Numbered from the stretch's first letter, positions 1 to 13,305 are shown. The stretch is DNA of 64,000 nt from Octopus vulgaris (GCA_951406725.2 OX597825.1:85126001-85190000); one strand, 5' to 3'. Translations and numbers: made by a program. The notes: generated by a model not told the origin, from the letters alone.

Positions 1-28
1 ACATAGATCTATATCTACTGCGTATGCA

Positions 29-70
<42 letters not shown>

Positions 71-451
71 TATATATGTTTCGCTGTACGTATGTATATG
101 TAAGTATGTGTATATATATGTTTGTGTGTGGGTGTATATATCAATATGTGTGCATCACAATCTTCGAAACAATGGCAGCATTATCTTTGCAGGTGTTATG
201 GCAATGAATTACAGATGATTATGATTATTACCGTATCATTCTTTGAGAAATCGCTAACAATGCCATGGGTCTGTTGAATGTTTAACAGAAATCAATGATT
301 AAGTTGAAAGAAAGCCAGGAAGAATAGCAACTAAGATTAAATTCTATTAACAGACTAATTCTTATACATTCACTCTCTTACCGATTCCAAACATTTTTTC
401 CCCTTATGCACATCAATATACATACGTACGTACAAACATATTTTTTATCTG

Positions 452-665
452 TTATTTATTTATCATTAGACTACGGCCATTCTGGTGCAACGCCTTGGAA
501 AATGTTAGTCGAACGAATCTATGCCACTGCTTACTTAATTTAAGCCAAGTCCTATTTTTATCAGTCTTTGGCCGATCCGCTAAGTTAAGGGGTGTGACCA
601 CGCCAACATGGTTTGTGAAGCGGGGATAGAGGACAAACATAGACACATACAAACAGACACACACA
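452..665 (-). mobile_element. tRNA-derived SINE family B, 3' half, degenerate
   Basis: Matches the 3' block of the copies at 26185-26662 and 50056-50474 (plus-strand tcattagactacggccat...ctttggccgatccgctaagtta...acacgccaacat); boundaries approximate. Confidence 0.7.
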
Positions 666-789
666 CACACCATATGTGTGTTTGTGTATGTGTATACATA
701 CATACATACATACATATACATATATATATATATATATATTGTTGTATTTCGGGATGGTCTTTTTTTTGCCAAATAAACACACGCACTGT

Positions 790-900
790 ATAGTTTTTCT
801 TCACTCGTTTATTACTGTTCTTATTTCAATATTTTAACTCATGTACATTGTCCGGAAATCTTTCGTCTCGCATCTGTGACCTTTTCAGCGACACTTTTCG
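790..900 (-). mobile_element. Possible PLE pseudo-LTR remnant with degenerate hammerhead motif
   Basis: Minus strand reads tgtcg-CTGAAAA-ggtcacagatgcgagac-GAAA-gatttccggaca, near a (TA)n tract; the core is mutated. Confidence 0.35.
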
Positions 901-947
901 TTTTCGCGCATGCTCTTGCTCCACTTACTCCATTCTGTCAGAATTAA

Positions 948-1134
948 GGCGGCAAGCTAGCAGAAACGTTAGCACGCCGGGTGAAATGCCTAGCGGTATT
1001 TTGTCTGCCGCTACGTTCTGAGTTCAAATTCCGCCGAGGTCGATTTTGCCTTTCATCCTTTCGGGGTCGATAAATAAAGTACCAGTTACGCACTGGGGTC
1101 GATATAATCGACTTAATTCGTTTGTCTTTCCTTC
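948..1134 (+). mobile_element. tRNA-derived SINE family A (Meta-domain-like core)
   Basis: Head ggcggcaagctagcagaaacgttagcac, B-box-like gagttcaaattcc, core gcctttcatcctttcggggtcgataaataaagtaccag; about 10 related copies in the window. Confidence 0.85.
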
Positions 1135-1814
1135 AGGTTCCATCAGTGAATGTTTGAAATGTTTGGCAAACGTAGTAGGGGATTTTTTTTTGCAACATGA
1201 ATAACTGACACCGATTGAAAAAATACCATAAATAACAACTAGAATTTTTAGAACAGGTAACAAATGGTTTTCCTTATTGCAGTTCACGAACTGCGATCAC
1301 CTGATAATTAGTTTTCTCAATTGAGCCGTTGTGTTATAGAATTTAATTATTTCGCTTTTGTACAGAGAATTATTCTACCATGTGAAACGAATTAACGAGA
1401 AGCTCAATAAAACGAACGCTAATATGTTGTTAAAGCTAATATATTGAAATATAAATAATTATGGTTCCACACAGAGTTCAATTTGAATTAGCCATGAATG
1501 CTAGGTGGATCAAATTATTTGGTGTAAACTAATTATACGTGAGAGAAGACGCGAAGCGAAGTTCCTAGTTCACGTTCCCTAGATGTTATTTATACATAAA
1601 TACAAATATATACATACGTACGTATATGACCACAGACATGTTGGCATAGAGTACTATTCATTAACCCAGATAAAGAATACTATCCCTTATAATGTTTGTC
1701 GTTGATGCAAGCGTGGAGAAAGAAATGGTTATTTTATTTGAGAAAATGTAAAGAAGCAAACTTTTATTTTATTTCTTTTAGAAAAGATCTTAGCAATAAA
1801 TATACGGTGAAATA

Positions 1815-1990
1815 CAAACCACGTAGATATTCATTATGCATACAAAATGGCTACGAAACAGCCTAGACTCAGCTGTGACAGATCACGGAACCATCGAGTA
1901 GAATTCCAGTGGAGATTTTGAACTAAACCAAGACCCATACCAATTCGACAGAAAGGCTAAGGAAGAACTCTCGGTAGGCTGCATGAAGAG
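1815..1990 (+). pseudogene. Possible highly degenerate CR1/L2-type LINE ORF2 C-terminus
   Basis: Frameshifted translation AYKMATKQPRLSC...RIPVEILN / QDPYQFDRKAKEEL resembles the CR1/L2 C-terminal pattern (KL.K...RL...WN.LP.E.V....F); all frames contain stops. Confidence 0.3.
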
Positions 1991-2130
1991 ACTTAAAGAA
2001 TATCGGGATAAGAAACGCTCAGCGTTCTCAAATTTTTCACCAAAGTAATTACGCCAGCAAATCACATTTGTTGAAAAGAAATATACCACCTTCTCAAACC
2101 AAATCACTCAGCCAAAATTCGCGAATGAGA

Positions 2131-2570
<440 letters not shown>

Positions 2571-2863
2571 TGTGTATAGTTTGAGTGTGTATGTGTTTCC
2601 TCCCCACTCCTACTATCGCTTGACAACAGATGTTTTAGTAACAGTTTTTCAGAGATTGGATCAGTCAATCAGAGCACAAACTAACCAGGGCTCAGTAATC
2701 AAGCAGAAAACACGTTAACACTGAATGATAAGAAAACAGTTTTGAACGATCGACAAATGATTAAAAATAGCATCTCTGGGATGAATTCTTGTTTATAAAT
2801 CAGTGAGTCAACCTTTCTGGGCATGTTTGGCCAGAATATATACATACATATACATATATAAAC

Positions 2864-2931
<68 letters not shown>

Positions 2932-3575
2932 TTATATGTATATATACATATATATGTATATATGAATAGATATATATACAGATATACATGCTTACACGTA
3001 TAAATATGTTACACTTGCATTATTTTCTCGTGTGTTAATCACTTGCTTCTACCTTTGCTGTTTGTTCTTAACAAATATATATTTGTGACTCTGTTTGCAA
3101 ACTAAACTTAAGTTATTGCTTATCCAAGACTGTGATAAGTAAACCATATGATTAACTGTGATTTTCATTATCGTTTTTTATAGTTTTTTCTCTCTCTCTC
3201 TCTCTCTCTCTCTCAGATTGAATGAATAAATATTGCCCTGTAGCATGAGATATACCAACACGAACCCCTCATCAAACATATTCACCAAATATATTTTTAC
3301 ACGTCCGCAGTATAACTAATACTATCTTTCGTTTCATTAGCGGCCACCTCTAATTTTATGTTTAAATTACGATTCTATATTTCGTTATTTGTATGGAGAA
3401 AATTAGTTTCGTAATATATTGAGAAGAGCCAAAACCTATTAATTTACTTGAAATATATTTAATAAATTATCATAAATATATATTTAACACACAGGTTATA
3501 TTTGAAGCATTCTTAAAATACTTATTTTCACAGATGACCTGTTTGCATAGTTTCCTTTATGTATATATTCAACAT

Positions 3576-3894
3576 GTGGAGGCGCAATGGCCCAGAGGTT
3601 AGGGCAACGAACACTCGATCGGAGGATCGCAGTTTCGATTCCCAGGGCGGGCGTCGTGTGTTTTTATTGAGCGAAAACACATAAAGCACCACGGGGCTCC
3701 TGCAGGGGGTGGTGTCGACCCCTGTTGTACTCTTACGCCCCAACTTTCTCTCACTCTTTCTTCCTGTTTCTTGAGTAACGCTGCGATGGACTGGCGTCCC
3801 GTCCAGCTGGGGGGGGACACATACGCCACAGAAACCGAGAAACCGGACCCATGAGCCTGGCTAGGCTGGAAAAGGGCGCATAAATAAAATAAAA
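3576..3894 (+). mobile_element. Full-length V-SINE-like element with TSD
   Basis: tRNA head with A-box TGGCCCAGAGG and B-box GTTTCGATTCCC; V-domain-like block CTGCGATGGACTGGCGTCCCGTCCAG...CAGAAACCG; A-rich tail taaataaaataaaa; 13-bp TSD atatattcaacat (3563-3575) / atatatttaacat (3895-3907). Confidence 0.85.
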
Positions 3895-5450
3895 ATATAT
3901 TTAACATATGTTTGACAAAACCTTATGAGCTCCCTTCTATTGTCGTCAATATACCATTTTCTTGCCTATCACCAGCCCCTTCATAATCGGTGAATTACTA
4001 AATTGGGATTAACAAATCTCGAATGAATTTCGAGGTGTATGGCCGGAGTACGTATGAAATATATTCCAAATTTTTTTTCTGCTAATTTAATTCAGTTGTT
4101 TTTGTTTTCTGACAGCGAAGTAGTTTATTTACTGGTAAGTGTAGATACTTATGGAATAAATACTTTAGTGACTTTTAAATGTGTATTGTAATTAATTACA
4201 TATTTATTACTCACGTATATTCTTTATTTTCATTAAAGTAATTTCTTCAGTCTTGAAATTTGTCAATATCAATTAACTGACACGAATGTTAACAATATAC
4301 AATTGTAGTAATTTATATTAGTTCCTAATTATGTATCTACCATGCATATCGCGCATCCATATTCGTTCTCTCTTGTTAGTAACAATTCTTGCTTAAATAT
4401 AAAAAAAGATCTACGACTACTGAATTTATCAAGATATCACAATATATTCATTATAAGCTTATCCACAACGCCACATATTAAAAAAAAAAATAACCTTTTT
4501 TTTTACCTTCTGTTCCTTCCAGTTAACAACGCATTCATTAAACCAGTCGCATTCAGATAATAAGTTTCAAAATATGTTATTTGAAAAATGGATCGACTTC
4601 TATATATTTACTGATTTTTCTCATTATAATTGCAATATTTGGAACTTTTATGTCGTCTTCAAGTTTTTCTCTTCTGCAAAATTAACGTTCAACTTTTTTT
4701 CGTGTATGTACACAGCCCACACATCCAGACCTTTGTTCGAATGTGCAAATATATTCAAATTGCATGTACTTTTATCTATCTTATATCTATATGTTTTTCT
4801 ATTTCTGATTGCCAGCGGTGTTGGCATGTCTTCTCAAATTAGATATTTTTAGCACAGTAAGAAGTTTCGAAAATACAATGTCTCTTTAAGACACCAAAAG
4901 CGCTTTCATCGGTATACACACGCAAACAGTCACACCAAGTCTGCTTTCGCGCTCGCGTGTGTGTGTGTGAACGCGAGATGAATATTTTATGTGGATGTCA
5001 AGAACACTCATGGAAAAATTATCCTAAAAATAAAGTAGACGGGATATTTCGGCAAAATTAACCCTCGCAGAAAGCTTGAGAAAAAAAATTAGAACTACAT
5101 TATTTTGTAGCACTTTAGCAGTGTCTGGAGTTACAAATCACGTTTGAGAAGACGTTAAATGAGAACAGCTGATTGTTTTCCCTGTGCTTTTACATTTATT
5201 CGAAGGATTGGGACATATTTTGAAGGTACCTCTTTAAAGACCATAACATCGGTAACTCACAAATTAAAGAAACAATTCTGTTCAAAACTCACAAATCAGC
5301 CATCAAGGACGGGATTGAGTTGAATATGATACAGCGTTTATTATACCGACCATTTATGACAGCATCTGGCCTAAGTCGTTATATAATCATTATTGCTTAT
5401 ATAGACATTTATATATTTATATACGTGTATGTGGGTGGGTTGTGTGTATG

Positions 5451-5506
<56 letters not shown>

Positions 5507-5817
5507 TATGACTCCGTAGGTAATCAATATTAGACCATTTCCTTATTCTATGTAAAATGATTCTGTATATCATTGATTACCTTATTTAAATGCGGAATCC
5601 TAGTAGGATACTTTTATACACTCTCTACCTGTTGTTGGGTGCACTCATTCATGTGCATTCATTAACACATACATGCATACATACAGACATATGCATACAT
5701 ATGTAATAGAGGAATATCAATACAGTGTATTCTTACTTCCAACTATGTTACATAATTTTCCATGGCACATCTGTTTATTTGTTTACAATGTATTCATATG
5801 ACATTATACTACACAAG

Positions 5818-6010
5818 AGCGGCGACCTGGCAGAATCGTTAGCACGCCGAGCGAAATACTTTGCGGTATTTCGACTTTGCCTTTTACCCTTCCATGTTCG
5901 ATTAAATAAGTACCATTTAAGCCCTGTGGTCGATGCAATCGACTTAATTTTTTTGTCTGTCCTTGCTTGTCCCCTCTATGTTTAGCCCTCGTGTGGACAA
6001 TAAAGAAATA
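5818..6010 (+). mobile_element. SINE family A, internally deleted
   Basis: gcggcgacctggcagaatcgttagcacgccg...gtcgatgcaatcgac...tgtcccctctatgtttagccc...aataaagaaata. Confidence 0.8.
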
Positions 6011-6716
6011 ATTTTATTACATAAATTATATTATGTGAATTTCACAACTATCTCATCAGTCATTTTGAACATCGTACAAGTCAAATGACTGTGCCAAACA
6101 TAAATACACACTCTCACGCGAGTATATATTTATATATATATATACAGAGAGAGAGAGGGGGTGAAACTGATAGATAGATAGATACATACATACATACATA
6201 CATACATACATACATACATACATACATACATACACACATACATACATACATATAAAGATAGACGGACAGATGCCAATGGACGTATTGCGATAAAATACAA
6301 AACCATTTTCTTCAGAATGAGAAATTAGTAAATATTCATTGTCTTGTTGAGTTTTAAACCATTTAATTTCCGTTGGTAATTCTATTGAGTTTCTGTGACA
6401 TTCATGCCTTCTTCCTTTAACTTATTCCGAGCAGACAAAAAGTGTTGTTTTTTTTTTTACTTCTTTGCTTTCATTGAAATCGAAATCTTGCTCGATCAAT
6501 TGTTACGTCGTTCCGCTCTGTTACACATATTTCACTCATGAGAATCATAAGCGAAACCTACTTAAGTGTTTGTGAAATAATGAAAATGGCGATTTGGGCG
6601 AATTTGAATAAAAATTAATACAACATTTACAAAGAGGATCGTTACCAACGTGTGGTTTTCTTTTCTTCTTCAATATTTCATTCTTCACTAACATTATTCT
6701 CCAGCATTGATGATTA

Positions 6717-6717
6717 G

Positions 6718-6772
<55 letters not shown>

Positions 6773-6777
6773 GTATT

Positions 6778-6810
<33 letters not shown>

Positions 6811-6814
6811 GCTG

Positions 6815-6870
<56 letters not shown>

Positions 6871-6898
6871 TTCATTATTATTATCACCATTGTTATTA

Positions 6899-6969
<71 letters not shown>

Positions 6970-7089
6970 TTCATTATTATTATCATCATTATTATTATCA
7001 TTATTATTATTATTATTATTATCATTATTATTATTATCGTTATTATTATTATCATTATTATTATTATTATTTTCATTATTATTATCACC

Positions 7090-7157
<68 letters not shown>

Positions 7158-7204
7158 CAATATCATCATTATTATTATTGTTGTTGTTGTTATTATTATT
7201 ATTG
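6717..7204. repeat. About 490-bp (TTA/TTG/TCA)n trinucleotide array
   Basis: Directly visible; source of the poly-N/L/I ORFs. Confidence 0.95.
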
Positions 7205-7384
7205 CTTTTGAAACGGTACAAAAATGCTGTTTAATTAGATTGATTTCCATTAATCAAGGTTATCAGAACGTTAGTTGAAACAAATGTTTGGTAATTAGAA
7301 ATTAACCGCAGACTCTGCTGGTTATTAACCTAACACATTGTAACTTTGATACAGAAAAGACGAAATATCGACAGTAGGATGCTG

Positions 7385-7915
7385 ACAGAGGAGGAGAGAC
7401 AGAGGTGAGGGTGTGCGAGATATCGGTGTGTGTGTGTTTATGTGTGAATGTGTGTGTGAATGTGTAAATATATATAGAAGGTGAGTGAGTGAATCGATAG
7501 AGAAAGTAAAAGAGAAAAAGCTCCAGTGAGTCTGAGAGCGGACTGAGATGAAAGGAAGAAAAAGATGAGGAGTGATAAAGAGATGAAAATCATTTATCGG
7601 CATGTAGAGTGAGGGTGACAGTGAGAGAGAGAGAGTGAGGGAGTGAGAGAGAGAGAAAGAAAGACATAGAAGTTATTAAAGAATAGAGTCGAGTGGAATA
7701 TAAAGTAAAGGATAATATGGAGATAGAGGAATAGAAACAGAGGAAAGAGAGAAACGGAGAGAGGGGGAGAGGGGGAGAGAAGAAAAGAAACGGAGAGACG
7801 GTAAGAGAAGAAGAGAAACAGAGGGACGGAGAGAGGGAAAAAGGAGAGAAACGGGGGAAGGGGTGAGGGGAGAGAAGACGAGAAACGGAGAGGCGGAGAG
7901 AGATAGGGAGAGTCG
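7385..7915. repeat. Purine-rich (GA/GAG) low-complexity tract
   Basis: About 500 bp with strong A/G bias on the plus strand and an embedded (TG)-rich stretch at about 7425-7465. Confidence 0.8.
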
Positions 7916-9329
7916 GCAGTCATTGTTTCGGTTTTGTCAATCGCTTTTATTTATTTATTTTGAAACAACATATAATAAACATTTTGAAAGTAGTTGACTA
8001 GTTTGACAAATTTGCGGCAAATTTTTATTTGTATCGAATGATGTAGAAACGCACAGGATGGCAAATCATGCAGGGTCTTACATGCCTAACCGAAAGCTCT
8101 GGTTTTTTTTTATTTTACCACTGAGATCGGAGACGTTTTCATGGTGATGGTTCTTCAATTCCCGTGCAATATTCAGTTATGGTTGTTTCAATCTAATTCC
8201 AAACCTCCAAAATGTGGAACTTATCTATCATTGTTCTGAATTTAACCAAAAAAAAAAAAAAAGAGTGGCCCAATATAATACAAGGCGAAAATTATTTCCG
8301 TAATACATCCTAGATATGAAAAAAATTCTAGTAGATGACTGCAAGCAACATGTAACAGAAGGTACAAAGGAACTACCAATAACGCACAATAATTGATTAA
8401 TCATTTATGTATATCTCTAGAATTATCGATTGATTAATGAAGAAAAAAAGGAGAAAAGAAAAAGTAAAAAGGCAGACAGCATGAGACAAGTGAAACTACG
8501 GCAGGTTTCGAACGCAGTTCCGCCTATATTGCATTTACATCTCGCTCGATGGCAAATAATGTTTAGTAAGCCATGATGATCAATTCAAGGACCGTCATTT
8601 CTTCTAAATCCGAATATTCACGATCAAATACAATTAACTTGGATGACTGATAAATCTGTCATCCTCTTTGACATTATATATTTGTCCATTATCCACATTT
8701 GGCGAACTCGGCAATTAATTGGGATTATTAATTGGGAGCTGAAGATATTAAAATCTTCCAACGTTTTTCCTATCACTTCTGATGTCCTTCCAAAAAAAGG
8801 ACATGAACGCTTCTACTTCTCCTAATTATGGCATATTCATAAAAGAATGAAAGAAAAAAAATTGTATGGTTTAAGAACGTATAATCCAATAGAACTAAAA
8901 TTGTTTTACAAATTTTATGATTAGATTCGTAACAATATTTTTCTTAACGTAATAATAGACATGAAATTCGCGAATTCTAATTACAGAGTCTAGACAGATA
9001 AGCAAATAACTGTTCAATTGATCTAGGGTTAAAAAATACGAGCAAACCAATCAAAATCAATCTGGATTATCACCAGAAAATATCTCATTACAAACAAACG
9101 ATCATAACGTATAAGAATTTGATATTTGTCTCTTCACTACGATGCATGTAATTATTATTTCAGAGAGTTATTTCTGCCATACGTACAATAGCGGGGTTTG
9201 TAGTTGACTACAGCAACTTCAGAACTTAACTAGTACTGATCTGGCAACTGGAATCGAAACTAGTTTCCAAAGAGATGTATTACATATCGCAAACGTGTTG
9301 CTGTTGTTGTTATATTTTATAAGGTATTT

Positions 9330-9480
9330 GTTGTTTACCCCCTGTCGGTCCTGATAGAACAAACCTGTGTTCAAAAGTCGTCTCATATTGAGTATCCCGA
9401 CATTTATTCAATATTACGTAATATATTATGATATGAGACTTGGCTAATATCTTTAATCGGTTGCATGACCACTGAATACT
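9330..9480 (-). mobile_element. Degenerate SINE-like fragment (family D)
   Basis: Related in reverse orientation to blocks at 21480-21650, 27265-27340 and 30590-30640 (aaatctccct...cacacc; ...gggctaaacaacaac tail). Confidence 0.4.
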
Positions 9481-9674
9481 TCAAGACAGTTTTGCTTAGC
9501 TCTCTTTATCCTCACTCATTCATGTTACCGTTATAAAACGATATTATGTACCGAAGCCGGGGTTGTGTCCCTTCGCTAGCGGCAGGATCATGAATTTATG
9601 TTGTTTTGTTTCGATGCGATTTCCTTTAACTTACACACAATATTCTTTTGGCGATTGCTGATAAGATTTGCTGT

Positions 9675-9705
9675 ATTATTATTATTATCATTATTATTAT
9701 TATTA

Positions 9706-9797
<92 letters not shown>

Positions 9798-9802
9798 TTA
9801 AT

Positions 9803-9843
<41 letters not shown>

Positions 9844-9864
9844 TATTATCATTATTATTATTAT
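9675..9864. repeat. (TTA)n-(TAG)n array
   Basis: Directly visible. Confidence 0.95.
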
Positions 9865-9960
9865 TCAGTAGTCTTATTTTCATCACGTGCTTTCACTGCA
9901 CTACCGAGCTCAGCTCTGATTGTGCCTTTGCTATGTGTTGTGATTTGTCGTGGTGCTCTT
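9865..9960 (-). mobile_element. 3' UTR of a LINE ending in (TAA)n, probably R4/Dong-type
   Basis: Near-duplicate of 31572-31690 (cagtagt...cgtgctttcact.cactaccgagc.cagctctg); its minus-strand 3' end runs directly into (TAA)n. Confidence 0.6.
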
Positions 9961-9989
9961 ATTTCCATTATTCCTTCATGCATTCATTC

Positions 9990-10660
9990 AGTGGCAGTGA
10001 GCTGGCAAAATTGTTTGAAATTCGAAAGAAATGCATTATGCATTTTTTATTCAGACCGTAACGTAACGGTCTGAATAAAAATACTGATCTGATTTAACTT
10101 TCCACTCCCAAGTATCGATAAAAGGAAATTACTAATGAAGTCCGATGCAATCGACTAATTAATACCACCCCACTCTCAAAATTACACTTCTTTAACCAAA
10201 ATCAGAAAATCATTTTAATTCCATCAAGGGCACAAGATCAGCAGAATCGTTAGCATTCTGCGAGAAAAATTTTACGGTACTTGCTCCGGCATTTTACATT
10301 CTGAGATGACATCCCACCGGTTTCAACTTTTGTGTATTCCCGCTGGCGTCAAGAAAGCGCCCCTCAAATTACTGGTATCGATTTATTCAACAAAACCCTA
10401 ACCCAAAATATTAGAACATATAGTTGTCTTAGAAATGCTTATTATAATTTTTTCATCCACTTAGGGGCGGTCAGTAGTAGAATCGTGAGAGCGTTTCTTC
10501 TACTGCTTGAAAATCTAAGGTCAATTCATGCTGCGGTGAAAATTATCTATTACCCTTTCGGAATCGATAAAATACTGATACCAGTCAAGTGCTGTTGACG
10601 AGGCACTGGTACGAACTGAGCAGATCACCTCAAACGTTAATGGCCTTGAGCCTAAATTAG
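9990..10660 (+). mobile_element. Three tandem degenerate SINE family A copies
   Basis: Repeated heads gtggcagtgagctggcaaaattgtt (about 9990), cagcagaatcgttagca (about 10240) and ggggcggtcagtagtagaatcgt (about 10465), each with remnants of the atcgataaaa...accag core. Confidence 0.6.
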
Positions 10661-10679
10661 AAAGTGTCTTCTTCTTCTT

Positions 10680-10711
<32 letters not shown>

Positions 10712-10801
10712 ACTACTACTATTATCTCCTCCTTCTTGCCCTTACACCTTTCTACTATTACTACTACTGTTGCTGCTATTGCTACGATATTCTCTCTGTA
10801 A

Positions 10802-11014
10802 GGTGGGTAGCTGGCAGAAACGTTAGCATGGCGATGGAAATGCTTTGCGGTATTTCGTCTGTCTTCACGTTCTGACTTCAAATTCCTCCGACGTTGACTT
10901 TGCCTTTCATCCTGTCGGATTCGATGAATTAAGTAACAGTTGCGTACTGGGGTCGGGCTAATCGACTGGCCCCCTCCCACAAGATTTCGGGCCTTGTGCC
11001 TTGAGTAAGGAATA
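10802..11014 (+). mobile_element. SINE family A, full length with TSD
   Basis: Head, core and gccttgtgcc tail all present; TSD atattctctct(g/c)taa at 10787-10801 and 11015-11029. Confidence 0.85.
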
Positions 11015-11035
11015 ATATTCTCTCTCTAAATATAT

Positions 11036-11241
11036 CGGTTCCAAATTTTGGCACAAGGCCAGTAATTTCGAGGGTGAGTGGGTGGGTGTCCGTCAATTAC
11101 ATCGGTCCCAGTGCGCAGCTGGCACTTATTTCATCGACCCGAAGGAATGAAAGCGGAATTTGAACTTAGAACAGAGGGGCAGACGAACGCCGCTAAGCAT
11201 TTTGCTCGGCGCGCTAACCATTCTGCCAGTTCGCCACCTGA
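11036..11241 (-). mobile_element. SINE family A, full length with TSD
   Basis: Reverse-complement copy; perfect 16-bp TSD ctctctctaaatatat at 11020-11035 and 11242-11257. Confidence 0.85.
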
Positions 11242-11774
11242 CTCTCTCTAAATATATAATGATCGATGATACTGCACAAACAAAGTTAATTAATGACGTC
11301 ATAAAACAGAAATAAATGTAGGATTAATGCGTAACAGTATGGCGGTCAGAAGCAATTGGAAATATAAACATGGAACGGAAATGGATTCAAATGTGGATAT
11401 ACGTACATACATATACATTCATACATACATACATACATACATATATGCTTGTATGTATGCATGTATATGTACATATATGTGTATGTACTTATGAGTGTAT
11501 ATATGTGTGTATATATATCTTCAGAGACAGACAGACAACGAGAGACAAAGAGAGACAGAGTAAGATGCATATACATACGGATAGATAAATTAATAAAAAT
11601 ACGTATTATGCATGTGAGTTCTACATGTCGATCAGTAGTTAATGCGAACCGGAAGTTCTCAATCTGAATGGGTATTATAATCTTTGGCGTTCAGCGGATA
11701 GTGTGAACGGGTGCATCTAAATGTCTAAGAGTCTGTAGCCTTGAGGCTTGTGTGAAGGCGAGTGTATATAAATG

Positions 11775-11852
<78 letters not shown>

Positions 11853-11934
11853 ATATGTATATATATATGTATGTGTATATATATATATATATGTATATAT
11901 ATATAAATACATACATATATATATAAATACATAC

Positions 11935-11973
<39 letters not shown>

Positions 11974-12525
11974 CATTTGTATCTGAGAGAATACCACCAT
12001 ATAATACGTGTATGTGCGGTACGTATATCCGGCAAATAGTATTGACGTAACGTGAAATACAAGTTTCTTTACTCACGAACAGCCATTCTGTCTTCACTCA
12101 ATTATTACAACATTTATAGTTTTAATCAGAAATGAATAAAATATTTCCGCTAAATTATGTCTCTACAGACCACCGTGGACTTATTCGATTGCCATAATTT
12201 GCTCTCTCGTGTATGTTAATCTTATTACCATAGTTTCATGAGTTTACCATTTGTCAAAATGTAATTACTGCTCTATAAGAGATAACATAAAGATCAATTA
12301 AAGATAATTAGTGTACTTGTTAAGTGTGAAAAGGATACGAGAGACATATTTCTTTAATATGATCCAAAGAACTGCATAAAATTCACTGATGCCATTATAA
12401 TAATTGAAATAAAACCTCTCGATCTAATCCAATTGAAGACAAATGTAAATATTCGGAATGCTAAATACAAAAGTGATTCATGACTTTTTTGTTCATTTAT
12501 GATTTCCTCGGTGGAGGTCATTGTA

Positions 12526-13032
12526 CGAGGGTGGTTCAAAAAGTAATACCATTTTGTTTAGGACAGGTATAATTACCCACACAGCAACATGTATGATACA
12601 TCAAAATGAAGCTGGTCCTCTGTGGATCACATCCCTACTTCTCAACATAGCCACCGTTTCTCTCAATAGCAATGTTCCACCTTCGAATGAGAGCATGTAT
12701 CCCTGACCCGTAAAATTCTGTTGACTGTTCTTTGAGTCACTTCTTCGTTACTGTTTGAGAGGTTTTGAGAGGCAAATATTATTCCCGTGACGAGGAAATG
12801 AAAACTGTAGTGAAGAATTGGCTCAAAGAACAGTCAGCAGAATTTTACGGGGCAGAGATACATGCTCTCATTGAAAGGTGTAACATTGCTATTTAGAGAA
12901 ACGGTGACTATGTTGAGCAGTAGGGATGTGATCCACAGAGGACCAGCTTCATTTTGATGTAAGCTACATGTTCCTGTGTTGGTAATTATACCTGTCCTAA
13001 ACAAAATGGAATTACCTTTTGACTCACCCTAG
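12526..13032. mobile_element. Non-autonomous palindromic Tc1/mariner derivative (MITE/foldback)
   Basis: TA flanks at 12524-25 and 13033-34; ends CGAGGGTG...CACCCTAG; inverted arms of about 230 bp; plus strand translates LRGKYYSRDEEMKTVVKNWLKEQSAEFYGAEIHALIERCNIAI*RNGDYVEQ*, a mariner transposase C-terminus. Confidence 0.9.
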
Positions 13033-13305
13033 TATTACGTCCATGCTGGGGTACTCTGCCGAGAGATTTACTCTATTGTATCAACACCCGTACAATTTCT
13101 GCACTGACAATGTGATCATGTACGATGTGGAATGCGAAGTAGTCACTGAGAGTGGGAAAATGCGGCTGGACTTACCTACCCTGGGGAATTTATTTTTACG
13201 ATTCACCCACTTTGTTCTCCTAATCTAATATAGGCGTGTACACACAGAAAAGGACTCACACACACATATATATATATATACACACACATACACACACACA
13301 CATGA

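Noticed and set aside
948-1040. tRNA genes at SINE heads
   Set aside because: A and B boxes are present but there is no complete cloverleaf, and each head continues into a SINE body.
6694-7250. 175-178 aa poly-N / poly-L / poly-I ORFs
   Set aside because: Overlapping ORFs on both strands of a (TTA)n array.
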